From a virus, in the IMG/VR virus record IMGVR_UViG_3300034759_000344, positions 32,187-96,186 of that record: a DNA stretch of 64,000 nucleotides; one strand, 5' to 3'. A program made the translations under genes and the position numbers. The notes beneath the pieces are model-generated. The model saw nothing but the letters and a program-made list of their open reading frames with translations. It was not told the DNA's origin and did not search any database. Below, piece after piece: positions 9,987-18,813 of this stretch. Every line of letters begins with the position of its first letter. Position 1 is the stretch's first letter.

Positions 9987-10129
9987 AGCTTTGGGATAAG
10001 CACCGAAAGCAGGCAGCTTCAGGTTCTCAATGATAGCTTTTCAGTTCTTGAATAAAAGTTTTTCGCAGCTTGAATAAAAATTTTACATAATGTAAATTAT
10101 GGGAACTAAAAATTTTTTGGGATTACCTG

Positions 10130-10158
10130 TTGACACATGGGCATATAAGTTATAAAAT
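10130..10158 (+). promoter_or_regulatory. Sigma-A promoter TTGACA-17-TAAAAT
   Basis: Near-consensus hexamers with 17-nt spacing. Confidence 0.75.
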
Positions 10159-10160
10159 AT

Positions 10161-10328
10161 AATTGCTTCCTGGTTGTATCCCTCTGCAAGGCAGAGGTAC
10201 CTATCCAACCCCAAGACAACCAGGAAGCAATTTACGGGGACGGAACAGCCCTTTGAGCGTGGGTAATCTGGTAACAGAAGTTACCTTGACCACGAAGCCA
10301 CCACCTCTACAGGTGGTTGGTAGTTCAC
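10161..10328 (+). ncRNA. Structured leader (17-bp inverted repeat) plus orphan TnpB-type omegaRNA/IS605 right end
   Basis: AATTGCTTCCTGGTTGT/ACAACCAGGAAGCAATT stem (10161-10232), then a scaffold ending GAAGCCACCACCTCTACAGGTGGTTGGTAGTTCAC; no tnpB. Confidence 0.7.
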
Positions 10329-10831
10329 ACCTTTCTACCGTAAGAATCTATTAAGCGGTCAATAAGTTCCAGCTCTTCGGTGCTGTCTTCCTCTTCCTGA
10401 ACATCCAGATCTTCTAGCATCTCTTCTTCCTCTTCTTCAAACTCTCCCTCGGCAGCTGCTATGTTCAGCTTCATATCGGAAAGATCTTCTATCCTGGATA
10501 AAGATACGAAAACAACTACGTTTCCCTTTTTAGAAGATTTGGATTTTTTGTTTCTCAAGTATACGTATCTTAACACTCCCTCGGAAGCTAAAAGATCCAG
10601 ATACTCGCTGATTCTGGGTATTTTGCGGAAAGGCAGCTCTTCTATAAACAGGTCATAGGTTGGAGGTTTACACACCACTTCTCTTTTGTAATTGATGCCT
10701 TCTGCATGTCTTAAAAGCTGGATCAGGAAAAGTTTAGCCGCACTCCATCCTTTGCGATAATCAGCAGAAGTATTCATTCTGCAGATAGCATTAACGATAT
10801 CCGGTATGTTTAACAGGTTACTTTCTGCCAT
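10325..10831 (-). CDS. Hypothetical protein, possibly winged-helix, with a strongly acidic C-terminal tail
   Basis: 168-aa ORF; stop codon supplied by the IS right end. Confidence 0.55.
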   Translation of the reverse strand: MAESNLLNIPDIVNAICRMNTSADYRKGWSAAKLFLIQLLRHAEGINYKREVVCKPPTYDLFIEELPFRKIPRISEYLDLLASEGVLRYVYLRNKKSKSSKKGNVVVFVSLSRIEDLSDMKLNIAAAEGEFEEEEEEMLEDLDVQEEEDSTEELELIDRLIDSYGRKV

Positions 10832-11396
10832 AGCGGTTCACCTTAGCTTGGTTCAGTATTTTACGCAAATCAGTATCCATTTTACTTTCTTTGATAATTA
10901 GTTCCGGTATGGAAAGAAAAGCACGATTTTCTATAAGTAGGACGGCATTGTTAATATTGTATTCCAGATCCCCGAAGATTAGCTTGGTGGCGTGGGGTGT
11001 GGAAACGACTTGTAGGTTTACCGCTAAATGGTCGTTACCGCTGGATAGGATGCTTACTTCCGGAAATAGGCTTTGTTCCAATACGTTGAGCCAGCGGGTG
11101 TAGGATATGTAGTTCTTTAAATACTTTCGAAGCAGGATACTGCGCCTGATCATCAGGAAATTATTGAGGTGCAAAGTTAAGTTTTCATCTTTTCTCTTTT
11201 TAGAGAAGTTTATCACTTGTTCTATAGATTGAGCTATACTAATAGTTCGCTTACTTTTAGTAAGTTCGCTTAGTATGTACTGGCTTATGTAGCACAGCTC
11301 GGTCTTTTCATGGTACAAGATGTGGGGAATCACCCCTATCCACTTTACCTTCTCCTTAGGCATTGGTGCTTGGTGGTATTTTATTTTTATGAACAT
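10818..11396 (-). CDS. Hypothetical protein
   Basis: 192-aa ORF with AAGGAG SD. Confidence 0.6.
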   Translation of the reverse strand: MFIKIKYHQAPMPKEKVKWIGVIPHILYHEKTELCYISQYILSELTKSKRTISIAQSIEQVINFSKKRKDENLTLHLNNFLMIRRSILLRKYLKNYISYTRWLNVLEQSLFPEVSILSSGNDHLAVNLQVVSTPHATKLIFGDLEYNINNAVLLIENRAFLSIPELIIKESKMDTDLRKILNQAKVNRYGRK

Positions 11397-11408
11397 ACCC
11401 TTCCTCCT

Positions 11409-12251
11409 TTACAGTTCACAGGTTTTGATTTCGATTCTTCCTCGGTACTGCCTTTTAGGACCGTAAGGGCTTTCAGTTCCGTAAAAAGTTATTTCATTCA
11501 TACATTGTGCAGGGGGTGGATAGCCATGCTTTCTGGCATATCCACCGTAATTCAGGAAGGAGGGAGTGAGTACTATAAATTGTGATTTCTCAATTACGTT
11601 GAGGTTGCGAAGATCTGGAAGGTGATAACTGGTAGTAATTACCTGGGAAGTGTGCAGGTGGGAGACTACTACCACATCGGCCAGTATGGTTCTTCCGAAC
11701 CTTTCCATCATGTTGGATTTGGCTCCAGCGGTTCTTCCTCCCCCGTATCCATGTGTTTGGTACAGAGTGTACACAAAAGGTTTTTTATTGTAACTTTTTG
11801 ACCCTACTCTTACCACATGCAATATGGATACTGGATTGAAAGGTACTCCCAGTATGTAGGCAATCTCTTTTCCGTAGTCGTGGCCGTCGCTGCGCTTGTC
11901 GTGGTTTCCGGATACAACTCCTAATATCTGGTCTTTAATAGGCTTCAGGTACTCTAAAGCTACATCCACTTGTTGGTCTGGTGAGGTGTACTTGAGCTGG
12001 TAGATGTCTCCCTTTGAAGTTCTGGTAACACATTCAACAATGTCTCCATTGATGAGTACTAGGTTGCCGGTTTCCTTGATGTAGCCGATGACTCTTTGCA
12101 GCATCTTTTCGTCGCACAGTGGGCTTCCAATGTGGATATCAGAGAGGACGTTAATAGTGAGTAGCTCTTTATCAGGGAAATCCCAGCGAAGTATTTCGAT
12201 GGATGTGTCCAACGTCTTCTTTGACACTTCCTGCATATTCCCCCCTTCCAT
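11409..12251 (-). CDS. Calcineurin-like metallophosphoesterase
   Basis: SDIHIG, NGD, GNHD, THG, SHLH motifs. Confidence 0.88.
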   Translation of the reverse strand: MEGGNMQEVSKKTLDTSIEILRWDFPDKELLTINVLSDIHIGSPLCDEKMLQRVIGYIKETGNLVLINGDIVECVTRTSKGDIYQLKYTSPDQQVDVALEYLKPIKDQILGVVSGNHDKRSDGHDYGKEIAYILGVPFNPVSILHVVRVGSKSYNKKPFVYTLYQTHGYGGGRTAGAKSNMMERFGRTILADVVVVSHLHTSQVITTSYHLPDLRNLNVIEKSQFIVLTPSFLNYGGYARKHGYPPPAQCMNEITFYGTESPYGPKRQYRGRIEIKTCEL

Positions 12252-12286
12252 TATCTAAACTATGTTATAGTTGAACGGGCCTTAAC

Positions 12287-12314
12287 AAAAGAAAAGGGAG
12301 CCTTTCAGCTCCCT
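12287..12314 (-). terminator. Rho-independent terminator
   Basis: AGGGAGC-tgaaag-GCTCCCT stem followed by TTTCTTTT on the - strand. Confidence 0.75.
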
Positions 12315-12349
12315 GCATTCAACTATTTAGTTATAGAAACTCTAATTAT

Positions 12350-12378
12350 ATTATATGTGTAAACAGTCATTTTGTCAA
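12350..12378 (-). promoter_or_regulatory. Perfect consensus sigma-A promoter TTGACA-17-TATAAT
   Basis: TTGACA 12378-12373, TATAAT 12355-12350. Confidence 0.85.
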
Positions 12379-12491
12379 CAGTATTTTAACTTATCTAATT
12401 TCTCGTCCGTTTCCCATTGCTTCCTTTTGATGTGTTCAAGGTCATTTTTTAGAACAGCAAGTGTTATTCTCCCGTTGTTGTTCTCAGCCAT
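12375..12491 (-). CDS. 38-aa ORF, possibly a truncated coiled-coil/holin-like gene
   Basis: MAENNNGRITLAVLKNDLEHIKRKQW...; purine-rich SD; stop overlaps the -35 box. Confidence 0.35.
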   Translation of the reverse strand: MAENNNGRITLAVLKNDLEHIKRKQWETDEKLDKLKYC

Positions 12492-12520
12492 CGCCACACC
12501 CCCTAATACAAGCAGGATAG

Positions 12521-12925
12521 CTATCCAAGCAGTTTTTCCAGCACAGCTTCAAAGATTTTTTGGTCAGCATACTGCCAGGTAAGTTGGTCTACGTGCTGAT
12601 TGGCTATGACAAGTACATTGTCTTTGGTCATGGGGATAATTCCTGCTTGGAATGGATCATGTGGCTGAAGGTATAGAAGTTTTCCATCCACATACACGAG
12701 ATATACTTCACCATCATCTGGAACGTCTTCACGAGCAACGATTTTTTCTGGTGGAACACCGTTGATAGGAGTTTGTTTATCCCAAATCTCAATTCTAAAG
12801 CGAGAACGCTCCTGCTCAAATATGGCTTGCTGATCTACTTGAGACAAAGCAGTTTCGATTTCAGATAGAGTTTTAGTTATTCCAACTTCATTTAAACGTT
12901 GCCAAACTTGAAGCTCAGTTAACAT
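12521..12925 (-). CDS. Hypothetical protein (possible fibre chaperone)
   Basis: 134 aa with SD, follows the Kelch gene. Confidence 0.55.
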   Translation of the reverse strand: MLTELQVWQRLNEVGITKTLSEIETALSQVDQQAIFEQERSRFRIEIWDKQTPINGVPPEKIVAREDVPDDGEVYLVYVDGKLLYLQPHDPFQAGIIPMTKDNVLVIANQHVDQLTWQYADQKIFEAVLEKLLG

Positions 12926-12949
12926 AGTTTCACTTCCTTTCGATATTCT

Positions 12950-13924
12950 TTATGCTTTAATGGACAGATAAGATAACAAGGTATTTAACCCTACAATAAT
13001 AGAAGAAGTGATATATTCTTCATTAACACTAAGATAGTTACTACCGTAGCCACCTATAGCATAGATTTGATTTTTAACAGGTGATACTGCTACTAACCCC
13101 CCTCTTGCAGTAGGCATTGAGGGTTTTGAAGACCATGTATTGGTATCAGAATCATACACTTCATTAGTGGAAAGATTTCCCGGATTTATGCCACCTATGG
13201 CATAGACTTTACCGTCTCTTGGGGATGTTGCGGCAAGAACATTCCTTGCGGTAGGCATTGGAGCTTTTGTAGTCCAAGTATTAGTATAAGGGTCGTATTC
13301 TTCATTAGTAGCAAGATATGAGCCGTTATAACCACCTATGGCATAGATTTTACCATTTCCTGGTGACGCAGCTGCCAAAGCATTCCTTGCGGTGGGCATA
13401 TTTGCTTTAGCAGTCCACGTGTTGGTATCAGGATCATATTCTTCATTAGTGGAAAGGTAAACACTGTTATAACCACCTATGGCATAGACTTTATTGTTCA
13501 CCGCTTCTGCAGCAAAAAATGACCGCACAGTGGACATATTTGCTTTAGCAGTCCACGTGTTGGTATCAGGATCATATTCTTCATTAGTGGAAAGGTTTGG
13601 GGTGCCACTATTTCTTCCTCCGATAACATAAACTTTACCATTTCCTGGTGATACAGCTACTGCACCTTCTCGAGCAGTAGGCATTGGAGCTTTAGTAGTC
13701 CAAGTATTAGTATAAGGGTCGTATTCTTCATTAGTAGCAAGATATGAGCCGTTATAACCACCTATGGCATAGATTTTACCATTTCCTGGTGACGCAGCTG
13801 CCAAGTATCTTCTTGCGGTAGGCATTGGTGCTTCTGTGGTCCATCCCTCTCCCACACTTTTCAATTTCTTAGCCAAGGCATATCCTATTACATCCATCGA
13901 TGTTGTTTCTACCTCCTTTCCCAT
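12950..13924 (-). CDS. Kelch-repeat six-bladed beta-propeller protein
   Basis: Six repeats MPTAR...GKIYAIGG...NEEYDP.TNTW; near-identical DNA repeat pairs. Confidence 0.92.
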   Translation of the reverse strand: MGKEVETTSMDVIGYALAKKLKSVGEGWTTEAPMPTARRYLAAASPGNGKIYAIGGYNGSYLATNEEYDPYTNTWTTKAPMPTAREGAVAVSPGNGKVYVIGGRNSGTPNLSTNEEYDPDTNTWTAKANMSTVRSFFAAEAVNNKVYAIGGYNSVYLSTNEEYDPDTNTWTAKANMPTARNALAAASPGNGKIYAIGGYNGSYLATNEEYDPYTNTWTTKAPMPTARNVLAATSPRDGKVYAIGGINPGNLSTNEVYDSDTNTWSSKPSMPTARGGLVAVSPVKNQIYAIGGYGSNYLSVNEEYITSSIIVGLNTLLSYLSIKA

Positions 13925-13942
13925 TACGGTCGAGGTGGTTGA

Positions 13943-14404
13943 TTACGATACACTCCTTGTTATAGAAGTTACGTTTCCGTTAGCATCGTAACTGAGTGTA
14001 GTAGTTATTGTCTGACCTGCCACTTCCTCGGTTACCGTAGTGAGATTTCCGTTCGCATCATAAGTTAGGGTTGTGGTTTTCACAATTGTTTCTCCATTTT
14101 TTTCAACCACAGTAGACACGTTCCCACCGGCGTCGTAGGTTACTTCTGTTGTTCTGGTGTCAATCTGTTGGTTGAGAGCCATAAAAAGATTAACATCCTG
14201 GTTGCTACTTCCAAGTATGGCATAATCCCCGCCACCGCCTCCAGAAGGAGCGTCGATAAATTCCAGCCCGTCCTCAGTAGCCTTGACAGCAACAACCTTT
14301 CCACCAGCCCCAGTATATGAGCTGGGAGTATCGGAAAGAGAAGCAAAGGAGGCAAGAATTTCTTTCAAATCTCCTGACGTTTCATCGAGGATTATCACTT
14401 TCAT
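13943..14404 (-). CDS. Virion fibre/adaptor-like protein with YD-like repeats
   Basis: LSDTPSSYTG..GKVVAV...GLEF fibre motif; three xYDAxGN repeats. Confidence 0.6.
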   Translation of the reverse strand: MKVIILDETSGDLKEILASFASLSDTPSSYTGAGGKVVAVKATEDGLEFIDAPSGGGGGDYAILGSSNQDVNLFMALNQQIDTRTTEVTYDAGGNVSTVVEKNGETIVKTTTLTYDANGNLTTVTEEVAGQTITTTLSYDANGNVTSITRSVS

Positions 14405-14407
14405 CGC

Positions 14408-14920
14408 TTATGCCCTCACAATCAAGAAAGTGTCTGGTTCAAACTTGATTTTGTCAGTGCTAATCGCCCTTCCGATATATTGAACAATGTTTCCAGAACC
14501 GCCTGGTGGAGTAGTCGTAACCTGTCCAGGAGTCGTGGCAAGGAAATATTTGCTTCCTGTAGTGAACCCAGAGCCGGGTAAAAATCCATCAGTATACACC
14601 GAAACATTACTGCCAGCGGTTGCTGCTTCTTTCACGTATCCGACAGCAGGTTTGGTAGCATCTGTTGCATCTGCCTTCCTGGCTTTAAGAGTTCCTGCGT
14701 CGTCGTATATATTCACCACGTCATTAGCCGCAAGGTCCTCTCCAGCCTGGACAACGATAACTTCAGCACCAATACCCTCAGGCATAACGGTGTCATCGAG
14801 CTTCCCGTCGCTTCCAAGGGCAACGATTTTCCCAGCATCAGCCGCACCAGACGATTGAACCGTTGCCTCTACTTCCTCGAGATTTCCAGTTGTTCCAACC
14901 TTCAAATATTTTTCAGCCAT
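14408..14920 (-). CDS. Virion decoration/fibre-base protein
   Basis: AGEDLAANDVVNIY...ARKADA...YFL...PG pattern typical of capsid-fibre proteins. Confidence 0.6.
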   Translation of the reverse strand: MAEKYLKVGTTGNLEEVEATVQSSGAADAGKIVALGSDGKLDDTVMPEGIGAEVIVVQAGEDLAANDVVNIYDDAGTLKARKADATDATKPAVGYVKEAATAGSNVSVYTDGFLPGSGFTTGSKYFLATTPGQVTTTPPGGSGNIVQYIGRAISTDKIKFEPDTFLIVRA

Positions 14921-14935
14921 GACTTAATGACCTCC

Positions 14936-15406
14936 TTAAGCGAGTTTAACAGGAATACCAATACTAAGTGCAAGACGTGTAGCGCTTTCTGCTACACCAA
15001 CAACCAAAACGAAGCCGGTATCGGGCTTCGTATCTATGATTTCTCCGCCGTCACCGAGAAAGTAGACACTCCCCGGAGATAAGTTCCAATTCGGATTCTC
15101 TATCGCACCTATGCGATACACAAGCCCGCTCTGCCCCTCAGCAATATCTTCTACAGTCATTCCTACGATGCGGTTCATATGGGAAAGGTTATAGCAGGAT
15201 GCACTCTGTATCTTACCCTCGGTGTTGACATAAACGATGTGAAAAGCAGGAACGCCTCCAGTTCCCGCTACAAATTTCCCTATTGTGGTTCCAAAGGCAT
15301 CGTCTATTTTCTGCATGTTATCGGCAAAATCCTGAGCAAAAGAACCTACCTGTGCATTGTCGGAAGACTTTACGAGCCCAAGCTTATCGGTTCTAACTTC
15401 CGCCAT
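14936..15406 (-). CDS. Virion decoration/fibre-base protein (paralogous fold to 14408-14920)
   Basis: NMQKIDDA N-terminal fibre motif; WNLSPGSVYFL...VGVA. Confidence 0.55.
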   Translation of the reverse strand: MAEVRTDKLGLVKSSDNAQVGSFAQDFADNMQKIDDAFGTTIGKFVAGTGGVPAFHIVYVNTEGKIQSASCYNLSHMNRIVGMTVEDIAEGQSGLVYRIGAIENPNWNLSPGSVYFLGDGGEIIDTKPDTGFVLVVGVAESATRLALSIGIPVKLA

Positions 15407-15725
15407 AGGACGCCTCCAATGTGCTCTCTACATACTCAACAACGGCATCAGACACGAGATGTATTCCATCCTGAAAATCTACCGCCACCTGGAAGGTGTA
15501 GTTTTCGTCTCCTATATCCAAATCCCCTTCTTGAACGGTATAACGAACCTTGCCCTCAGATGCGGAATAGATTTCTGCATCTCGAACTGCAATAGTATTC
15601 CCTTTCTTGATATAGACCTGAACCGTTGTCGCTGTGGAAAGGTCATATGCGTTACCGTTTTCATCCTGCAGCACGAAAATAATATTTATCCCCTTTTCGC
15701 CTTGTTTCATAGGCGAACCCTCCAC
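15393..15725 (-). CDS. BppU N-terminal-like structural protein
   Basis: GNAYDLSTA...GKVRYTVQEGDLD. Confidence 0.55.
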   Translation of the reverse strand: MEGSPMKQGEKGINIIFVLQDENGNAYDLSTATTVQVYIKKGNTIAVRDAEIYSASEGKVRYTVQEGDLDIGDENYTFQVAVDFQDGIHLVSDAVVEYVESTLEASYGGS

Positions 15726-15925
15726 GTATAATCTTTAGCAACCCTGCACACTTTGCTTACCATAGATTGAAGTCCGCATTGAACCTCGTAGAAGAACTGC
15801 AATATCCCGCTAATCCCGAACCACGAAAATTGATTTATCTCCTGCCAGGATAATTGATTTGCTTCCGCCCAGGACAGGCCACCAACAATCTCTTGTTTAT
15901 ATTTGAAGGAAAGGACTTTGTTCAT
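15707..15925 (-). CDS. Hypothetical protein
   Basis: 72 aa with LSW.E repeats, coupled to neighbours. Confidence 0.45.
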   Translation of the reverse strand: MNKVLSFKYKQEIVGGLSWAEANQLSWQEINQFSWFGISGILQFFYEVQCGLQSMVSKVCRVAKDYTWRVRL

Positions 15926-16068
15926 CGCTTAAAGATGTCCACCAAAAGCAGCGTGAAAATAGCGCAGGCAATCCCGAAGGTCAACAGCGAAAAGATGTTG
16001 CCAGAACCAACCACAACATCACCAACGCAGGCATCGTTACCGAGCACGAAAGAAAGGTTGCCGAACAT
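15922..16068 (-). CDS. 48-aa membrane protein
   Basis: AAGGAGG SD; hydrophobic C-terminal segment; ATGA overlap with the next gene. Confidence 0.45.
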   Translation of the reverse strand: MFGNLSFVLGNDACVGDVVVGSGNIFSLLTFGIACAIFTLLLVDIFKR

Positions 16069-16080
16069 GTTTCCGCCTCC

Positions 16081-16229
16081 TTAAGCTGGATTAGCGTTTA
16101 CCCACTTACCGGTTGCCCCATCGTATTTCAAAATTTGCCCATCGGCTGGACTTGTTATCTCAACATCGTCCAGGTCATTAAGCGTGGGCTTTGCGTTTAT
16201 CCATTTACCGGTTGTATCATCATATTTAA
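16081..16229 (-). pseudogene. 3' fragment of a fibre-repeat gene truncated by an IscB element
   Basis: KYDDTTGKWINAKPTLNDLDDVEITSPADGQILKYDGATGKWVNANPA*; 5' part replaced at a TTAA junction. Confidence 0.65.
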
Positions 16230-16400
16230 CGAACCATAGCAAGAAGTCTCCACCTTCTATAAGGTGGAGATGAATTGCTGGGTAATGTAATTATTGTTTC
16301 TGCAAATTAGAACTAGCTCGCTAGGATTTATTTGCTTGTACTTGTCTGACAGTTGCAGGTAGTTGCCATCTATATCCTGCACGTATACCCACTTACTTGA
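16230..16400 (-). mobile_element. 3' end remnant of an IscB-type IS200/IS605 element
   Basis: Frame KWVYVQDIDGNYLQLSDKYKQINPSELVLICRNNNYI resembles an IscB C-terminus; hairpin TCTCCACCTTATAGAAGGTGGAGA resembles the end at 63335. Confidence 0.65.
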
Positions 16401-16411
16401 ATTGTGTCATT

Positions 16412-16759
16412 CTACTGAGTTTCTTCTTTGTGTTTAGCATAGGGACTGTTCTGGTAAGCAGTACGTACTTCAGCTTCTATCTCTTCATCAGAGAGCTGAA
16501 TGTTTACCTTAGCCAGCAGCTGCTTAGCAATATCTACTGCCTTGCGCAGTTTTTCAATTCCAGATGGTTTAGTGGCGGAATTGGCGTAGAAGTCTTCGGC
16601 AGCAGCTACTGCTTTGTCAGCAACGGTGGTGATTATCATGATACGGTTGAGAATCTCTTCCCTTTTGTTGCGGTCTTTCACATAGTAAGTGAGAATGAAC
16701 GCAATAAGCATGGGAGCAATTCCCAACAGTATTTGCTGTAGAGTTTCAGACCAACTCAT
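16412..16759 (-). CDS. Holin (LL-H-like)
   Basis: Single N-terminal TM; AVAAAE...GIEKL..A...EIEAEV; near the endolysin. Confidence 0.75.
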   Translation of the reverse strand: MSWSETLQQILLGIAPMLIAFILTYYVKDRNKREEILNRIMIITTVADKAVAAAEDFYANSATKPSGIEKLRKAVDIAKQLLAKVNIQLSDEEIEAEVRTAYQNSPYAKHKEETQ

Positions 16760-16774
16760 TTTAATTACCTCCTT

Positions 16775-17386
16775 TTATTTGTTAATATCCCAGTTGGGAT
16801 TTTCGTGGATTCCATTTTCATCTATGGAATATATCCAGTTTCCGTCAGGATTAACTTGGCTGGAGTACTTCTTAACTTCTCTGTTTATCTCCTGTCTGAT
16901 CATCTCCTGAAACACATAGTCAAACTTTTGAAGCTGGATTTCAAAATCCTTGCGCAGTAAATCCCCAAGCTTTTCCCGGTTGTAAACGTGAGTGTAGTAC
17001 TCGATACACTGTTCAAGATCTGTGGCTACTTGGTCTACATATTTTTGCACTGTATTTGAAAACCATTTCCATCCTGATCTTTCCAGGTCTAAATACTTCC
17101 AAGTTAAGTAGTGCATTATCCTCGGTGATATGAGCCACACTATATCCACCAAAGCCTGAATCAGTTTTAAGTACTTTACAAAGTTGTTTACGAAGGTTTC
17201 TTCATCTACTCCCTTTTCTGGAAGGTAGCGGTACAGCTTCCTTACTAAAGCTTCTACTTTCTCTGGACAGTATTCCCCTACTAAAACTAAAAGCTTGCGG
17301 GCTTCCAGAATGATACGAGCGTAGATGAAGAAGAGCTTGAGGTAGTGCATAGAGTTATTCCCACTTGATGTATCCCAAATCCTCAA
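16775..17386 (-). CDS. Hypothetical protein
   Basis: ~200-aa ORF between endolysin and holin. Confidence 0.55.
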   Translation of the reverse strand: MRIWDTSSGNNSMHYLKLFFIYARIILEARKLLVLVGEYCPEKVEALVRKLYRYLPEKGVDEETFVNNFVKYLKLIQALVDIVWLISPRIMHYLTWKYLDLERSGWKWFSNTVQKYVDQVATDLEQCIEYYTHVYNREKLGDLLRKDFEIQLQKFDYVFQEMIRQEINREVKKYSSQVNPDGNWIYSIDENGIHENPNWDINK

Positions 17387-17840
17387 TAACTTTAGCCACT
17401 TTCTTTATCTTATTATAATAATTAGGATCAGTAGCCCATCCCGGTTCTCCAGGTTCAGGTAAAAGGGCTTTCAGGAACTCGTCAGCATTGCCCAGGTGCT
17501 CTAAAGCATCCTGGAACCAGGGAAGGGTTTCTAACAAGTGGTAGTAGTCAAGCAAGCACTCCTGCCAGCTACGGTACTTTCTCCATCTGGCAGTTGTGCG
17601 GTACCATCCTTTTTCTTTAGACCACTCCCACGTGGGAAGCTCTACGACATCCCCTTTCCAACTTTTGCCTGCTTTAATACCAAATAAGTTGTTAGCAGCT
17701 TTGGCTAAGTAAGACTGTCCCCAGTTACTCTCTAAAGCTGCCTGCGCAAAAATGACCGGTTTATTCAGTCTGGCACCGCGCTTGGTAGCCCAGTAAAAGG
17801 CTTTTTCCATGCGTTCTAGAAATGCTCTGCGGTAGTCCAA
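17355..17840 (-). CDS. Endolysin, GH73 glucosaminidase/muramidase (FlgJ-like)
   Basis: AQAALESNWG, NNLFGIKA, WATDPNY. Confidence 0.9.
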   Translation of the reverse strand: MDYRRAFLERMEKAFYWATKRGARLNKPVIFAQAALESNWGQSYLAKAANNLFGIKAGKSWKGDVVELPTWEWSKEKGWYRTTARWRKYRSWQECLLDYYHLLETLPWFQDALEHLGNADEFLKALLPEPGEPGWATDPNYYNKIKKVAKVIEDLGYIKWE

Positions 17841-17854
17841 GTGGGTCCCTCCTT

Positions 17855-18058
17855 TTACAGCTCTTCTAGGTATTTGATGGGTATTTCCACTTTTAGAGCC
17901 AAGTCTTTCAAGGACTCAGGAGTGTTAGGGTTACAATAACGGACCAGAGCCTTGTCTTTTCTGAATTCCACAATTTGACCTACCCAGGCTCGACAGTGTC
18001 TAGTCTCTGGTGAAGGGTCTGGTTTAACCCAGACAAAAGATCCTATATCCATACTCAA
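17855..18058 (-). CDS. Small hypothetical protein (SH3/KOW-like)
   Basis: IGSFVWVK...WVGQIVEF...ALVRY. Confidence 0.45.
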   Translation of the reverse strand: MSMDIGSFVWVKPDPSPETRHCRAWVGQIVEFRKDKALVRYCNPNTPESLKDLALKVEIPIKYLEEL

Positions 18059-18135
18059 TCACCGAAGTGACTGACAGCTTCTAAAATAAGTAGGACTAGA
18101 GCCAAGATGGCTAAGAGGTACCAAGAACTGCTCAT
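18055..18135 (-). CDS. 26-aa single-TM peptide
   Basis: MSSSWYLLAILALVLLILEAVSHFGD; GGAGG SD; overlap with the next gene. Confidence 0.4.
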   Translation of the reverse strand: MSSSWYLLAILALVLLILEAVSHFGD

Positions 18136-18139
18136 GGTT

Positions 18140-18454
18140 TTAGCCTCCAATGATAACATTTGGAGAGCCAGTAGCTATTACTCCTACGTTGTTTTCACAG
18201 AAGCAAGAAAGTAAATCCCCTACTCTGGCTGCCCCCTTTCCATTGATAAGTACACTGCTGGATCCTTCAACTACGTTGCAGGGATGCGTGGTAACGCTTC
18301 CAATGTAGGCTGCAGGATGTCCGTTGATGAATACATTAGGGGAACAGTTAGTGGCAATTTCGTTTTGTAGTACCTGACAAGAGGGGTTTCCTTCTTCATC
18401 CTCAGTTACTTCCCAGCAGGTAGTTATGCTTCCTAAGTAGGCTCCCTGTGGCAT
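18140..18454 (-). CDS. PAAR-domain spike tip protein
   Basis: VFINGHPAAYIG, VLINGKGAARVGD, GSPNVIIGG. Confidence 0.9.
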   Translation of the reverse strand: MPQGAYLGSITTCWEVTEDEEGNPSCQVLQNEIATNCSPNVFINGHPAAYIGSVTTHPCNVVEGSSSVLINGKGAARVGDLLSCFCENNVGVIATGSPNVIIGG

Positions 18455-18462
18455 GGTTCACC

Positions 18463-18566
18463 TCAATACTTGAAGTAGTTAACTCCCCAGACTATCTTGT
18501 ATCCTTCGTCTACAGGACATACCCCTTCGGAGCAAGAGGAGCTTTCCTTTTTATTCTTGCTCTTCT
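18463..18566 (-). pseudogene. 3' fragment of a dead paralogue of the lipoprotein gene 19768-20496
   Basis: Encodes KSKNKKESSSCSEGVCPVDEGYKIVWGVNYFKY*, matching the intact C-terminus ...SKNKKESSSCSEGVCPVNNYLIWGVNYFKY*. Confidence 0.88.
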
Positions 18567-18797
18567 GTGAACTACCCCTCCCTAACCCCTCCGGGTTAGG
18601 GAGGGGCTTCGGTAGGGTTTCCTGCTTCATCGTAACCCCAACGGGTTAGCTCCACAGGCTTGACGTCCCGTGGTTCCCACGGTAGGGAAGCTTTATGCCG
18701 CTTCCAGAGCCAACGCTTTCTTCAGGATATTCCGGGCGGCATTTACATCCCGGTCGAGTATAAGGCCACAATAAGGGCAGTAATGAGTCCGCTCTTC
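18567..18797 (-). mobile_element. tnpB: IS605 remnant: tnpB 3' fragment (18693-18797) + omegaRNA + right end
   Basis: EERTHYCPYCGLILDRDVNAARNILKKALALEAA*; scaffold ends ...GGTAGTTCAC. Confidence 0.88.
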
Positions 18798-18813
18798 TTT
18801 AAATAATATTCAT

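Noticed and set aside
10163-10354. 63-aa ORF
   Set aside because: Coincides with the structured RNA; no SD
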